A DNA stretch of 63,836 nucleotides, the filler included, from Reclinomonas americana ATCC 50394 (Eukaryota): NCBI GenBank assembly GCA_048213135.1. It is 17 parts of 17 records of this genome, joined end to end, with 100 filler letters (N's around TTAATTAATTAA, not from the genome) between each part and the next. Parts side by side here need not be neighbours in the genome. Positions count along the whole stretch, not along the records: positions 47,273 to 55,754 come from AFZH01018950.1; positions 55,855 to 60,783 come from AFZH01018953.1; positions 60,884 to 62,479 come from AFZH01018954.1; positions 62,580 to 63,836 come from AFZH01018959.1; 13 more parts are not named here. One strand, written 5' to 3'. Below are positions 51,801 to 63,172 of the stretch, piece by piece (position 1 is the first letter of the stretch; the number at the start of each line of letters is the position of its first letter). The notes below the pieces were generated by a model. That model ran no database searches, was not told the origin of the DNA, and saw only the letters and a list, made by a program, of their open reading frames with translations. Position numbers and translations under genes: made by a program.

Positions 51801-54800
51801 TCCCCGTGAGACCAGCCACGTTGGACCGCAAGCTGGTGCCGCTGATGTTGAAGGAGGCCTGATTCGTGCCTCCGGTAACTGTGTAGGTGAGAGTCTGACC
51901 AGTGTTGACATCCGTCGACGCCAGAGTGCCGATCACTCCGTTCAGTGCAAGTGGCGGCGTGTATGTCGATGATGACAGGGTCGGCGCCGTCGGATTCACG
52001 TTCGCTGCAAACATATACCAAGGGTGAGCAAAATGCGACCAACTCGTCCAGTCAACCAACAACACAGACCCTCGTTGATTGTGAAAGTTGTGTTTGCAGT
52101 GCCGCCTGCTCCATCGCTTACTTGCACAATCACTTGTAGGTTGTTCCCCGTGAGACCGGCGACATTCGATCGCAAATTCGTGCCACTGATGTTGAATGAC
52201 ACCGCATTTGCGCCGCCCGCTATTGTGTACGTTAGCGTCTGACCAGTGTTGACATCTGTTGACGCCAGCGTGCCGATCACTCCGTTGAGGGCCAACTGCG
52301 GAGAATAGGTGGATGGAGACAGTGTCGGCGCAGTCGGATTCACGTTCGCTGCAAGCAGATGCCGAGGGTGAGCAAACTGCGACCAACTCGTCCCGAAATC
52401 AATCAACAACACAGACCTTCGCTAATTGATATAAATGTCGTGCTCGCCGTGCCGCCTGCTCCGTCGCTCACTTGAACAATCACTTGCAGATTGTTCCCCG
52501 TTAGACCAGCCACATTCGACCGCAAGCTCGTGCCACTTATGTTGAATGACGCTTGATTCGTGCCACCCGTGATCGTGTACGTCAGCGTCTGGCCGGTGTT
52601 AACATCTGTCGACGCCAGGGTGCCGATCACGCCATTCAGAGCCAAAGGCGGAGTGTATGTCGATGAAGACAGGGTCGGTGCAGTTGGATTCACGTTCGCT
52701 GCAACAGATATGAAGAGTGAGCAAACCGCGACGGATGTCACACAGTCAACCAACAACAGACCCTCGTTGATCGTGAACGTCGTGCTTGCCGTACCACCAG
52801 CCCCATCACTCACTTGAACGATGACCTGAAGGCTGTTACCAGTGAGGCCAGCGACATTCGAGCGCAGACTCGTTCCACTGATGTTGAACGAAGCCGAGTT
52901 GGTACCACCCGTGATCGTGTACGTCAGTGTCTGGCCAGTGTTGGGGTCTGTTGACGCAAGAGTGCCAATTGCTCCATTGAGGGCCAACGGCGGTGTGTAG
53001 GTGTTGCTTGACAGCGTCGGCACAGTTGGATTCACGTTCGCTGCAGCGGTCACGAAGAGTGAGTTAGACCGCGACGGATACGTCCCCATATCAACCAACA
53101 CCCGCACCACAGACCCTCGTTGATGGTAAAAGTCGTGCTTGCCGTTCCGCCTGCTCCATCGCTCACTTGCACGATGACTTGCAGATTGTTGCCAGTGAGA
53201 CCAGCCACATTCGAGCGCAAACTCGTGCCACTGATGTTGAAGGAGGGCGAGTTGGCGCCACCAGTGATCGTGTACGTCAGTGTCTGACCCGTATTGACAT
53301 CCGTCGAAGCCAGTGTACCGATGACACCATTAAGGGCCCGCGGCGGAGTGTAGGTTGACGGAGATAGTGTCGGTGCAGTCGGCGCCACATTAGCTATGAG
53401 GAAAAAAAGGTAACACTGTCAACTAAAAAGACGCACTGAGCTAGAAATGGACCACTTAAATGCCCCACAAGGTGATCCAGGTTAGAGAGTGATGAAGGGA
53501 GAGAGAGTGTGAAGAAGGAAGAAAGATAGAAGGAGAAAACAGAAAGTGAAATGGAAGAGAGACTGAAGAAGGAAGTAGAGAGAGAGAGAGAGAGAGTGAA
53601 GAAGGCAGAGAACGAAGAAGAGAGAGCGTGAAGAAGGAAGAGTGAGCGAGAGAGCGAAGATAGAAGGCAGAGAACGAAGAAGAGAGAGAGCGTGAAAAAG
53701 GAAGAGAGAAAGAGAGAGAGAGCGAAGATAGAAGGGAGAGAGTGAGCAAAGAAGAAAGAGAGCGATAGAGCGAAGAAGGAAGAGAGAGAGAGAAAGTGAG
53801 AGGCAGTGAGCGATTGGAGAAGAGCAGCAGAACACTTATCAGATGAACTACTTGCGTTCTCACGAAGACCATAGAAGAGAGAGGCGCGCGCGGCATTGCA
53901 AGGGCTAATGTAAATTGCCAAACAAGCACACGGACCTTCGTTGATGATAAATGTCACACTTGCCGTGCCACCCGCACCGTCGCTCACTTGAACGGTGACT
54001 TGAAGATTGTTGCCAGTGAGACTCGCCACATTCGAACGCAGACTGGTGCCACTGATGTTGAACGAAGTCGAGTTGGTGCCACCCGTGATGGTGTATGTCA
54101 GTGTCTGACCCGTGTTGACATCCGTCGACGACAGTGTGCCGATCACCCCGTTCATGGTCAGTGGTGGAGGGTACGTGGTTGGCAACAAGGATGGCAACGT
54201 AGGGTTCACGTTCGCTGCCACGGTCACGACGAATGAGTCACAGAGCAAACACATAACATCACTCACAAATTCTCGCGCACACCTTCGTTGATGGTGAAGG
54301 TTGTCGTTGCCGTCAGCGTTCCATCACTGACGCGTACAATCACTTGCAACCCGTTGCCCGTGAGGCCGGCCACATTCGATCGCAGACTGGTGCCACTGAT
54401 GTTGAAGGAGGCTTGATTCGTGCCGCCCGTGATCGTGTACGTCAGCGTCTGACCGGTGTTGGGGTCGGTCGAAGCCAGTGTGCCAATCACGCCATTCAGA
54501 GCCAAAGGCGGAGTGTATGTGGATGGTGAGAGTGTTGGTGCCGTCGGCGCAACATTAACTGTAACACAGAACAGAATTGATTGCGACACATATACTTCGC
54601 GGTCGTTGAAAGCTTGTGTAGCACAACGCACCTTCGCTGATGGTGAACGTCGCGCTTGCCGTTCCACCTGCTCCATCACTCACTTGCACAATCATTTGCA
54701 GATTGTTGCCGGTGAGACCAGCCACATTCGAGCGCAAGCTGGTGCCGCTGATGTTGAATGACGCTTGATTCGTGCCGCCCGTGATCGTGTACGTCAGCGT

Positions 54801-55434
54801 CTGACCCGCATTGGAGTCCGTCGACGACAGCGTGCCGATCACTCCATTCAGCGCGAGTGGTGGCGTGTATGTCGACGACGACAGCGTCGGTGCCGTTGGG
54901 GCGGCATTCGCTGCATGGTATTCTCTACTAGTGAGACGCAAACGTGGCCGCAAGATACTGCAAACGTGACGCAACGAGTAAGAGTAAACGTCTGCGTGTA
55001 TGAAAGTGGAGGAACTCCATTGTCCGTCACTTGAATGTTCACCACCAGGGTACCGGTCTGACCGCTGTTTTTGACACTTAGGTTGTTGCCGACAATGGTT
55101 AGATTCGACGCATTGGCGCCGCCCACAATCGCATATGTGAATGTCTGTTGAGTGTTGACATCGGTCGCGGACAGAGCACCGACCAGATAGTTGGCCGTGG
55201 GAGTCGGGGCCAAATACCACGGTGTATTTGGGTACGTAATTGCCGTGGGCGCGTTGTTGGTGGACGTTATGGTGAAGGTTTTGGAGAACATCCCATTATT
55301 TCCGTCGTTTGCCGTCACCGTCACTGCAGAATCCAAGCGTTAAGACTGCAGTTGAGGGAGAAAAGAGGCGGAGGTGCTTACCGGTGAGGGATGCCGATGT
55401 GAGGTTGGCTGTGAGGATCGAGAGTGTTGAACCC
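24883..55434 (-). CDS. Giant cadherin-repeat type-I membrane protein: ~65 cadherin-like repeats, ~6 two-Cys Ig/IPT-like domains, stalk, TM, tail; N-terminus missing at gap
   Basis: Repeats of about 94 aa (NVxPTAPTLSSSTYTPP..GVIGTLASTDxN..TYTITGG..FNISG..L..LQVIVQVSDGAGG...FTIxE) run from about 55434 to 30920. IPT-like units lie at about 30830-28190, the TM at 26410-26339, and the last exon ends FVHGTEQ-TAG at 24883. Repeats were counted by eye and the number is a minimum because of five internal gaps. Confidence 0.88.
26339..26410 (-). other. Transmembrane segment (- strand giant protein)
   Basis: WLWAVIAASAVLLIGLHVIWFIYC followed by WRRRRH. Confidence 0.85.
40471..54913 (-). repeat. Homogenised tandem array of exon+intron units (~345-nt period, ~40 units), one cadherin-like repeat per exon
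   Basis: Exons of about 279-285 nt are bounded by cag|nnAAC and GAAG|gt. Introns are mostly about 55-75 nt, and translations are near-identical. Confidence 0.93.
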
Positions 55435-56084
55435 CTGCGAGTGAAGGTGAGGACAAGGAGAAAGGGGGAAGGGCTCATAGGAGAACGAGGAGGGAGGAAT
55501 GAGGAGAGGGAAAAAGGAGAGGAAAGGAGGAGAGGGAAGGAAATGGTGGACGGAGGGGGGAGGAGGTACACGAAGGAAAGAAAAGGGAGAATGGAAAGAC
55601 GGAGGAAGAAGAGAAAGTGAGATGGAGAAAGGGAGATTCTCGGAGAAGAGGATATAGAACCAGGAGAAAGAGAGCGGAAGGGAGGGGATGAGACAGTGAA
55701 AGAAAAGGAAAAGAAGGGAAGTAGGAGGGGAGGGAGAAGGGGAAGGAGAAGGGANNNNNNNNNNNNNNNNNNNNNNNNNNNNNNNNNNNNNNNNNNNNTT
55801 AATTAATTAANNNNNNNNNNNNNNNNNNNNNNNNNNNNNNNNNNNNNNNNNNNNTCTCTCTCTCTCCTCCTCCTCCTCCTCCTCCTCCTCCTCCTCCTAC
55901 TCTCTCTCTTTCTTCTCTCTCTCTCTCTCTCTCTCTCTCCTCTCCTCTCCTCTCCTCTCCTCTCCTCTCCTCTCCTCTCCTCTCCTCTCCTCTCCTCTCC
56001 TCTCCTCTCCTCTCCTCTCCTCTCCTCTCCTCTCCTCTCCTCTCCTCTCCTCTCCTCTCCTCTCCTCTCCTCTCAGCGACTCAC

Positions 56085-59000
56085 CGGCAATCAACAAATC
56101 GGTGAGCCCAGCTGTTGGATTAGCACCGTACAACACACTCTGCTCGACAATGGACGGACCAGCTGTGGAACAATGATGCGATAGTCAGAAGGGTCGGTAC
56201 ACATGACCCTGCAAAATCCCTGCCACGAATTTCACCTTCGTACGCCACCAACTTGAGATTGTACTGCACAGCGAGATCGGCGTGCGGCTTGATGGCTGTC
56301 GTCAGCTTGGGGATCTCGTCGGTGCAAATCTGGAACACCTGGGTCGGCGTCAAAAGCGACGTGGCCACGGCCTTGTTGGCGTTGCCGATGCCTGCACAGC
56401 AGAAGTGAGTCACAGGCCTTCAGAGAACAGCTGAGCGACACAAAGCATGTCGTACCGCCGCAATCAAAGTACGCAGTGATCGACAGTGCGTCGGCCTTGG
56501 TGTACGCATTCTTCCAGGTCAAAATCTGCAACAACGATGTTGAGGAATGGGAGAAGCGAGAGAAGGGAGGTCATTCAGATTCACCTCTCGAGAGGCATTC
56601 GCCGTCAGCGCCCAGGAGGCCAAAATGTAGCGCTGCACGGAGAACAGTAAGCCACCACGACTGCGCTCAACAAGTGTGGCATGCGCTTGACGCAACCAAG
56701 CGTGATCGATTGGCGGTGCCAAAGACATCCGTAAAGATGTCAAAGATTTGCACCGCACGTTGCGAGTAGTATCGCAGCTTGGCCGTTTGTCGATCGGTTG
56801 ACAGGCCAAGAGCGAGGCCCTGGGTTGCGGCGTATTGGCCACTTGCGAAGAACTCGTTCCTGCGCAGCGATGTGAGTCAATCATTGAAAGACGCAACAGC
56901 AGAGCGGGAAGATGCACTCACCAAACCTACACCGCAATCAGAGTTGTCGCGAGGTGAGTAATAGCAAGTGGAAGACAGAGACATGAAGTATCCAAGGAGA
57001 CGCACCTCGTTGGAGTACTCGACAGACACCATGAGATCGGCGCGCAGCTGATCGCGAATCATGATGGCAAAGTTGCGAATGAAATCGTCAGATGCCTGGC
57101 GACAAACGTGATGAGTGCAGAATCCAGGAGGACAGGACACAGACAGGGGCACACCTGGTACGGAATGCAGAACCACGGGTCCAGTGACACCATGTTGGCC
57201 AGCCTGTCATAGAAAACACAGCAAGGTCAGAGTCTGGTTGTGATCACACAATCAGAGAGACAGTGACGCACTGAATCTGGTACTCGAGAGCCGCAAATTT
57301 GGGCGACGCTTGCGAAAAGTACGATGGCGTTACGCGGTCGGACCAATCTGCAGTCGTTTTTGACATGAAAAAGGCGGCAAGGATGCAGAACGAATGCGAA
57401 GGAGACACAGGAACATTATAGAGAACAGAGAAGATGGATTTCGAGCACGATACCCGCACGGTGTGGCACACGAGAATCAAAGAAACAAAGCTTTCCACGA
57501 GCGACGCACCAATCACAGGAGACATGGACGACCAGTCATGGAAGCGCACGGAGCTGAACGGCGTAAATGTCGCAATGTATTGCGGGTGGAACGGGAAGTC
57601 CTGTGAAGCGCACAACGGGGATCAGCAACAAGAGTACTCGGACTGCAGATTCACAGGACACGCCAATATCGACAATCGAAGAGTTTCTAACGCGCTCCGC
57701 AATGAGGATCACAGTCTCGAATCCCAAAGAACAAAAACGTCTGACTCTCGAACTGCTCTTTCTTCAATATTCCAAACACAGGTCCCTCTCCCTCTTCCTC
57801 TCCCTCTTCCTCTCCCTCTCCACCTCCTTCCCACCTCCTCCTTCTCCACCTCCCTCTCCACCTCCTCCTCTCCACCTCCTTCTCCACCTATTTTCCATCT
57901 CCCCCTCCACCTCCCTCTCCACCTCCTTCTCCTTCTCCCAATCCACCTCCTTCCCCCTCATCTCACCTGATACGTCTTCTCAAAGCCCGGCATCACCACC
58001 CGAATATTGCGAATCGGATTGGTGGGGTTCGTCTGCACATCAACTCATCAGCACGTCGCTCAATTCTTCCCCGAGATCACCGCCAGCACCACTCACCGCC
58101 ATGATGCGCATGTAGATGCCGTTGTTGAGGACCGTAGTGAGCTTCACATCCAGCACCATGTGACCCTTCTCCTCCAGAATGACCTTGGCATCGAAGCCGA
58201 ATGTAATCACACCGTCGCCATCATCTGCAGCACAAGTCAGTCACAACGCACAGCGAATGAATATGGAAGGATTATACTCGTCACACACAATACACGTTGT
58301 ATCTGCGAGAATCCACAAGGTGAGTGAGCAACATGCGTCCTTCAACACCGAGAATGGCACAAGCGCAACTGTCCATCGGGCCAGCGTTGTTGCACATCAC
58401 GCAACATGAGCGTGGCAGCCACCTGCATCACCAGCAGCAATCGTAAGATATCACAATTGAAAATCAAAGCAAAATACAATCCGCACCGCTCCAGGTGCCA
58501 GAGTGGCCGGATATCCGTCCGGACGCAAGTCCTATTGTACGAAACAGCGTAAGACAACAGCACTCAAACTACAGGTCAAGTCGGCAGTGCCCCACAAACC
58601 AGTGTGTCGTGCGTGTCCCACGGACTCGGACCATACACGGCTTCGTCGCGTTGTGTGATCCACGAGCGAGCCGTCTACAGAGGAAACAAGTGAGACATAC
58701 AAAGAGCGTCAAGGTGCGATGTACACTTGTCTACCTTCATCACATCGACAAAGACCCACTCCTACAATACACAAAACAGAAATGAGTGCACGATAAAGCA
58801 CCAAAGTGAGCAACATAGAACACACCGTGTTCCAATCCGCCAGACCTATAGCACAGCAACTGCTTAGCAAACAAGAGCAGAAGACAAAACAACAAGAAAC
58901 TGAAGCACTAACCAGCCACGTTCACGCCAAGGCGTGAAATACGATTCGGCTCCTGCAGAACTTGATCACTGCGCACAAACGCTAAGTACGCGCACTTTAT

Positions 59001-62000
59001 GCGACACAAGCGAGAAGGAAACACAGCAGCACAAACCACGAGTCGCCGGTAAAGCCCTTCCAGCACACACAAGCTGCAGGAATGCACAAGAAGAGTGAGT
59101 GAAGACACACACGCAAGCTGGAATCTCTCATAGCACACACCTCCGTTGCGGCAGCTGCCGAACTTGCACTGATGTGTGCATGCGCACTCTCCCGGGCCTG
59201 CAAGCAAGCCCCAGAGTGAGATACAGGAGAGGGTTCGGTATAGGAAGGCAACGCAACCTCGGCAAGTTTGCGACGGGTCGGGGCAGGAGCACTCGAACAC
59301 GCACTGGTGCGATGCGGCGTCCCACTTGGTGCCCGGATCACAAACTGTTCACAAGCGATTAATTGATGAGAACGTCACTCCCACCATATCACACACAGAG
59401 TTCTAGTCTCTCTTTTTGTCCTCTCGTATCCGCTCACTACAAATTGGTCAACCACTAATCGCCTTCTTAATGCACTATTCTTTCTTCATCTGTCTGTCTG
59501 TCTGTCTGTCTGTCTCTTCTCTCTCTCGCTCTCGCTCTGAAACATCTGTCATCTCTCTCGGTAGCAATACCGCTCATAATTTGCACTCTCCAACCACTAT
59601 TCGCTCATTCGTTCGTCATCTGTCTGTCGCCCTCCACGACACGATATTGATATCTCTCGGAAACACTTACTAGCTTACTTCATTGCTCTTAATTTCAATT
59701 CCACTCATTACAAATCGGTCAGCCCCTTCTTTCTCTGCACCCTCTTCATTCAACATTTTCACTTGGTCGTCGGCCTGTCTATCACTCTCTCTCTCTCTCT
59801 CTCGTTCGACTGTCTGTCTCTCACTCTCCTTGTCTCTCTCTTCTCTCTCTTCTCTCTCTTCTCTCTCTCTCTCTTTCCCTCTTTCACTCTCCTTCCCAAC
59901 CCCCCCCTCCCTTTCCCTCTCTCTTTCCCCTATCCCCCCTCCCTCCCCCTCCCTTCCCCTCCCTCCGCAACTGCACGAGGCATTGTCGGGCGCGCACTTG
60001 CCGTGACCATTGCACCCACAATCAATATCACACCCCGCTCCGCCAAACCCGGCATAGCACTCGCACTGGCCGGCCTTGACGCACTTGCCATTGAAGGAGC
60101 ACCGCTTGGGGCAGTCGATCACCGTACACGTGGGTCCCGAGTACCCGTAGTCGCACACGCACTGCCAGTAGCGGAAGGGACTGCGCGGCATGGCGAGGAT
60201 AAGAACTCCGTCAATAACAACGGAGATATGCCTTGCGACACACTCAACTGCTCGGTGCGCACAGCGGAGCAGATGCCATGTCCAGAGCACATGTAGTTGC
60301 AAGACGAAATGTCGTAGAACACTTCGGTGGCGCAGTTGGCGCCCGAGTAGCCGTAGTAGCAGAAGCAGGAGCCGTCCACAAGGCACTGTCCGTTTCCACT
60401 GCAACTGTCGGGGCACTGCGGTGGCGCGGGCAGCGAACAGCTCTGCGGCTTGTTGTCGGTGATGAACGACGACACCGCCCGGTACTTGGGTGACACCGCC
60501 GGCGACATGTCGAGAGCCGAGCGGATGCCCCAGCTGCCGTACTGTTGGTGTGTGAGAAAATGCAGGCGACGGGAAAGGGGTGGTGACGACAATGGCGCAA
60601 CCTTGCTGTACGAGGCCTCGGAGGCGAATACCATTGCTAGTTGCGAGCCGGCGTTCTTGATGCCAGTCTGAGAGAGGCAGGAGGTGAATGAGGGAGAAAA
60701 GAGAGAGGGGAAACATAAAGATAAACAAGGTGTGCGGGTGATAGGCAGCGAGGGAGGAAGAGGGAAAGGAGAGAGAGAGAGAGNNNNNNNNNNNNNNNNN
60801 NNNNNNNNNNNNNNNNNNNNNNNNNNNTTAATTAATTAANNNNNNNNNNNNNNNNNNNNNNNNNNNNNNNNNNNNNNNNNNNNAGGAGAGGAGAGGAGAG
60901 GAGAGGAGAGGAGAGGAGAGGAGAGGAGAGGAGAGGAGAGGAGAGGAGAGGAGAGGAGAGGACAGGACAGGACAGGACAGGAGAGGAAAGGAGAGGACAG
61001 GAGAGGACAGGAGAGGACAGGAGAGGAGAGGACAGGAGAGGAGAGGAGAGGAAAGAGAGAAAGAGAGAGGGAGGAGAGACAGAGACAGAGAGACACAGAG
61101 AGACACAGAGTGAAGGGGCGGGGAGAGAAGAAAGGGAAGAAGAAGAGCATGCTTCCATCGCACGGCGGAAATACAGAGGACAAGGGAGAGAGCAGATGAG
61201 GGACATGATGTGGCAGGCCAAATAACACAGTGCGACTAGATTCCGAAAGCAAGCACAAGGGAGAGCGACAGATCAATATGGAAGAAGAATATAGAATCAA
61301 AGGAGGCAGGAGACTGTTGAAGACGTGAAGCTCACCAAGTACGCAGTGTACGCCGCGGCCATGCGATCGTCGTTGTTGGCCGCTATGGCCAGAGTTGTCT
61401 GCTCTGTGCTTGACGTCGCCACGAGACTGCAAAGCGAAATGCAGTGAGTGATCTCAATGAGAGCAGCACACTCGCCGTCCTCGACTGCAGCACTGCACTC
61501 AGATACACATTCTGAAAAACATATTGTCTCCGTAAATGCGCTGTAATCTCACTCTTAACTACTTGCTTGGTTGGCCAGCATTCCCTGCCCTTTGTTCCCC
61601 AATTGCTCACTCACTTGCCAGCTCTGCCAATAGTACTCTTGATCATCACTCACTCAATACTCGCTCCCGTCGTCTCTCATACAAACACCAAATGATCTCT
61701 CTCTCTTTCTGTGCACTGCAACGCTCTCGAAACTGCATCAACGCAAGTGTGTGCACCAGCCGTCTGCTAACTCGCTCGATTTTTCTCACCCACTGACTTC
61801 CCTTGTCGCATGTCTCACGTTCTCCATTCAGTTTCTTATCCCCTTTCCCACTTTCTCACTCTCACGTTCCCACTTCTCCCACTTCTCCCACTTCTCCCAC
61901 TTCTCCCACTTCTCCCACTCTCCCCATTCTCCCACTCTCCCCATTCCACTTTTTCCCCTTTCTCCCCTGTCTCCCCTGTCTCCCCTTCTCCCCTTCTCCC

Positions 62001-62420
62001 CTTCTCCCATTCTCCCCCTTCTCTCCCTTTCCCCCCTTCTCCCCCCTTCTCCCCCTTCTCCCATTCTCCCCCTTTCCCCCCTTCTCACCTCTGACCAGCC
62101 TCATAGGAAATCAGCTTCACGCCATACTTGTCGGCAATCACTTTGTTGTTCGTCACAAATCCGACCGACTGCGTCACATAACCCGACAAGCGCGTGTCCA
62201 TAAACTCATCCAGTGGATACACATCGGCCGGCTTGTTGGTGTTGCCGCGAGTAAGAGCACCGCTAAAGTACGGGGCGATTGCCAAGGCTGGAAGTCGCCG
62301 ATCGTAAGACGGGAGATGGAGTGAGAGGGAGAGAAACTATACTGCAAACATACGAACCATCGGTTTTCTTGTATGCATCCAGACAGCTCAGCATAGTGTC
62401 CGCGACGGCCGAGTTGACAG
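56085..62420 (-). CDS. Multi-exon gene: bacterial-type glycoside-hydrolase-like domain (C-terminal half), tenascin-type EGF repeats, second GH-like domain; both ends truncated by gaps
   Basis: Domain 1: ALAIAPYF, KLISYEAGQ, ANNDDRMAAAYTAYL, YGSWG, SPKYRA. EGF units: CPDSCSGNGQC..CFCYYGYSGANC and CPKRCSFNGKC. Domain 2: LGVNVAG, FVDVMK|TARSW, DGYP, NPIRNIRV, FHPQY..SVRFHDW, LAN..DPWFCIP, ASDDFIRNFA, VEYSNEV, LKLVAYEG. Confidence 0.8.
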
Positions 62421-62683
62421 CTGTCAAGGCACAGATTGGAGTGAGTCGACGAGAGGGGAGGGACACGAGTGCAACGAGGNNNNNNNNNNNNNNNNNNNNN
62501 NNNNNNNNNNNNNNNNNNNNNNNTTAATTAATTAANNNNNNNNNNNNNNNNNNNNNNNNNNNNNNNNNNNNNNNNNNNNGAAGAAGACCAACAGCACCCC
62601 ACTGAGGCGGAATGCGAATCATCGAGCGAGTGGCGGAAAACATCCCGCAGACAAATGAACGGCAACTTCGTTCGCCACGCAAC

Positions 62684-62949
62684 ATTCGGTACAACTCAAA
62701 GTAGCGACCGAGATGCCGCAACAGCAGCGCAAACTCGGCGCGCTGAATAAAATCGTCACCGACGGTGCTCTTGCCTCGGTAGGCGGCCTTGGCGGCCTGC
62801 GGAAAAGTGAGTGGAGGAGCAAGAAAATGACGTTGGAGGGAGCAAATCGCGAACCTGGAAGGCGCGCATGATGGCTGGTTTGCAATCAAAGACCTCGTCC
62901 AGCTTGAGGACGTCGCGGATGCCCTTGTCTGCGGGAGGCGACGTGAGCG

Positions 62950-62981
<32 letters not shown>

Positions 62982-63172
62982 CACTTGGTTCCTCCCTCCC
63001 TTCCTCCCTCTCATCACCACCACGCACCGACTTCAGCCAGCGACAAGAATCCATTGTTGTTCGGGTCAAAGAGCGCAAACAGGCGCGATCGTTCGCTCTT
63101 GTCGGCCGCGCTGTCGCCAATCGGAAGACCGAGGCCAGCTCGTGCAATGGTTGCCGAGAGGCCGCTCTTGCC
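62684..63172 (-). CDS. EF-hand protein of the flagellar calcium-binding protein (calflagin/FCaBP)-like family, partial
   Basis: Three exons splice to LPIGDSAADKSERSRLFALFDPNNNGFLSLAEV|DKGIRDVLKLDEVFDCKPAIMRAFQ|AAKAAYRGKSTVGDDFIQRAEFALLLRHLGRYFELYRM. This matches the calflagin pattern as I recall it. Confidence 0.8.

Noticed and set aside
40471..54913. Array of separate small genes or a transposon array
   Set aside because: Units are joined by frame-preserving introns, lack their own starts, and show no terminal repeats or transposase.
31000..55000. Many + strand ORFs (MVNV..VPPAPSLT..)
   Set aside because: Antisense shadows of the cadherin exons. Splice signals and domain motifs are all on the - strand.
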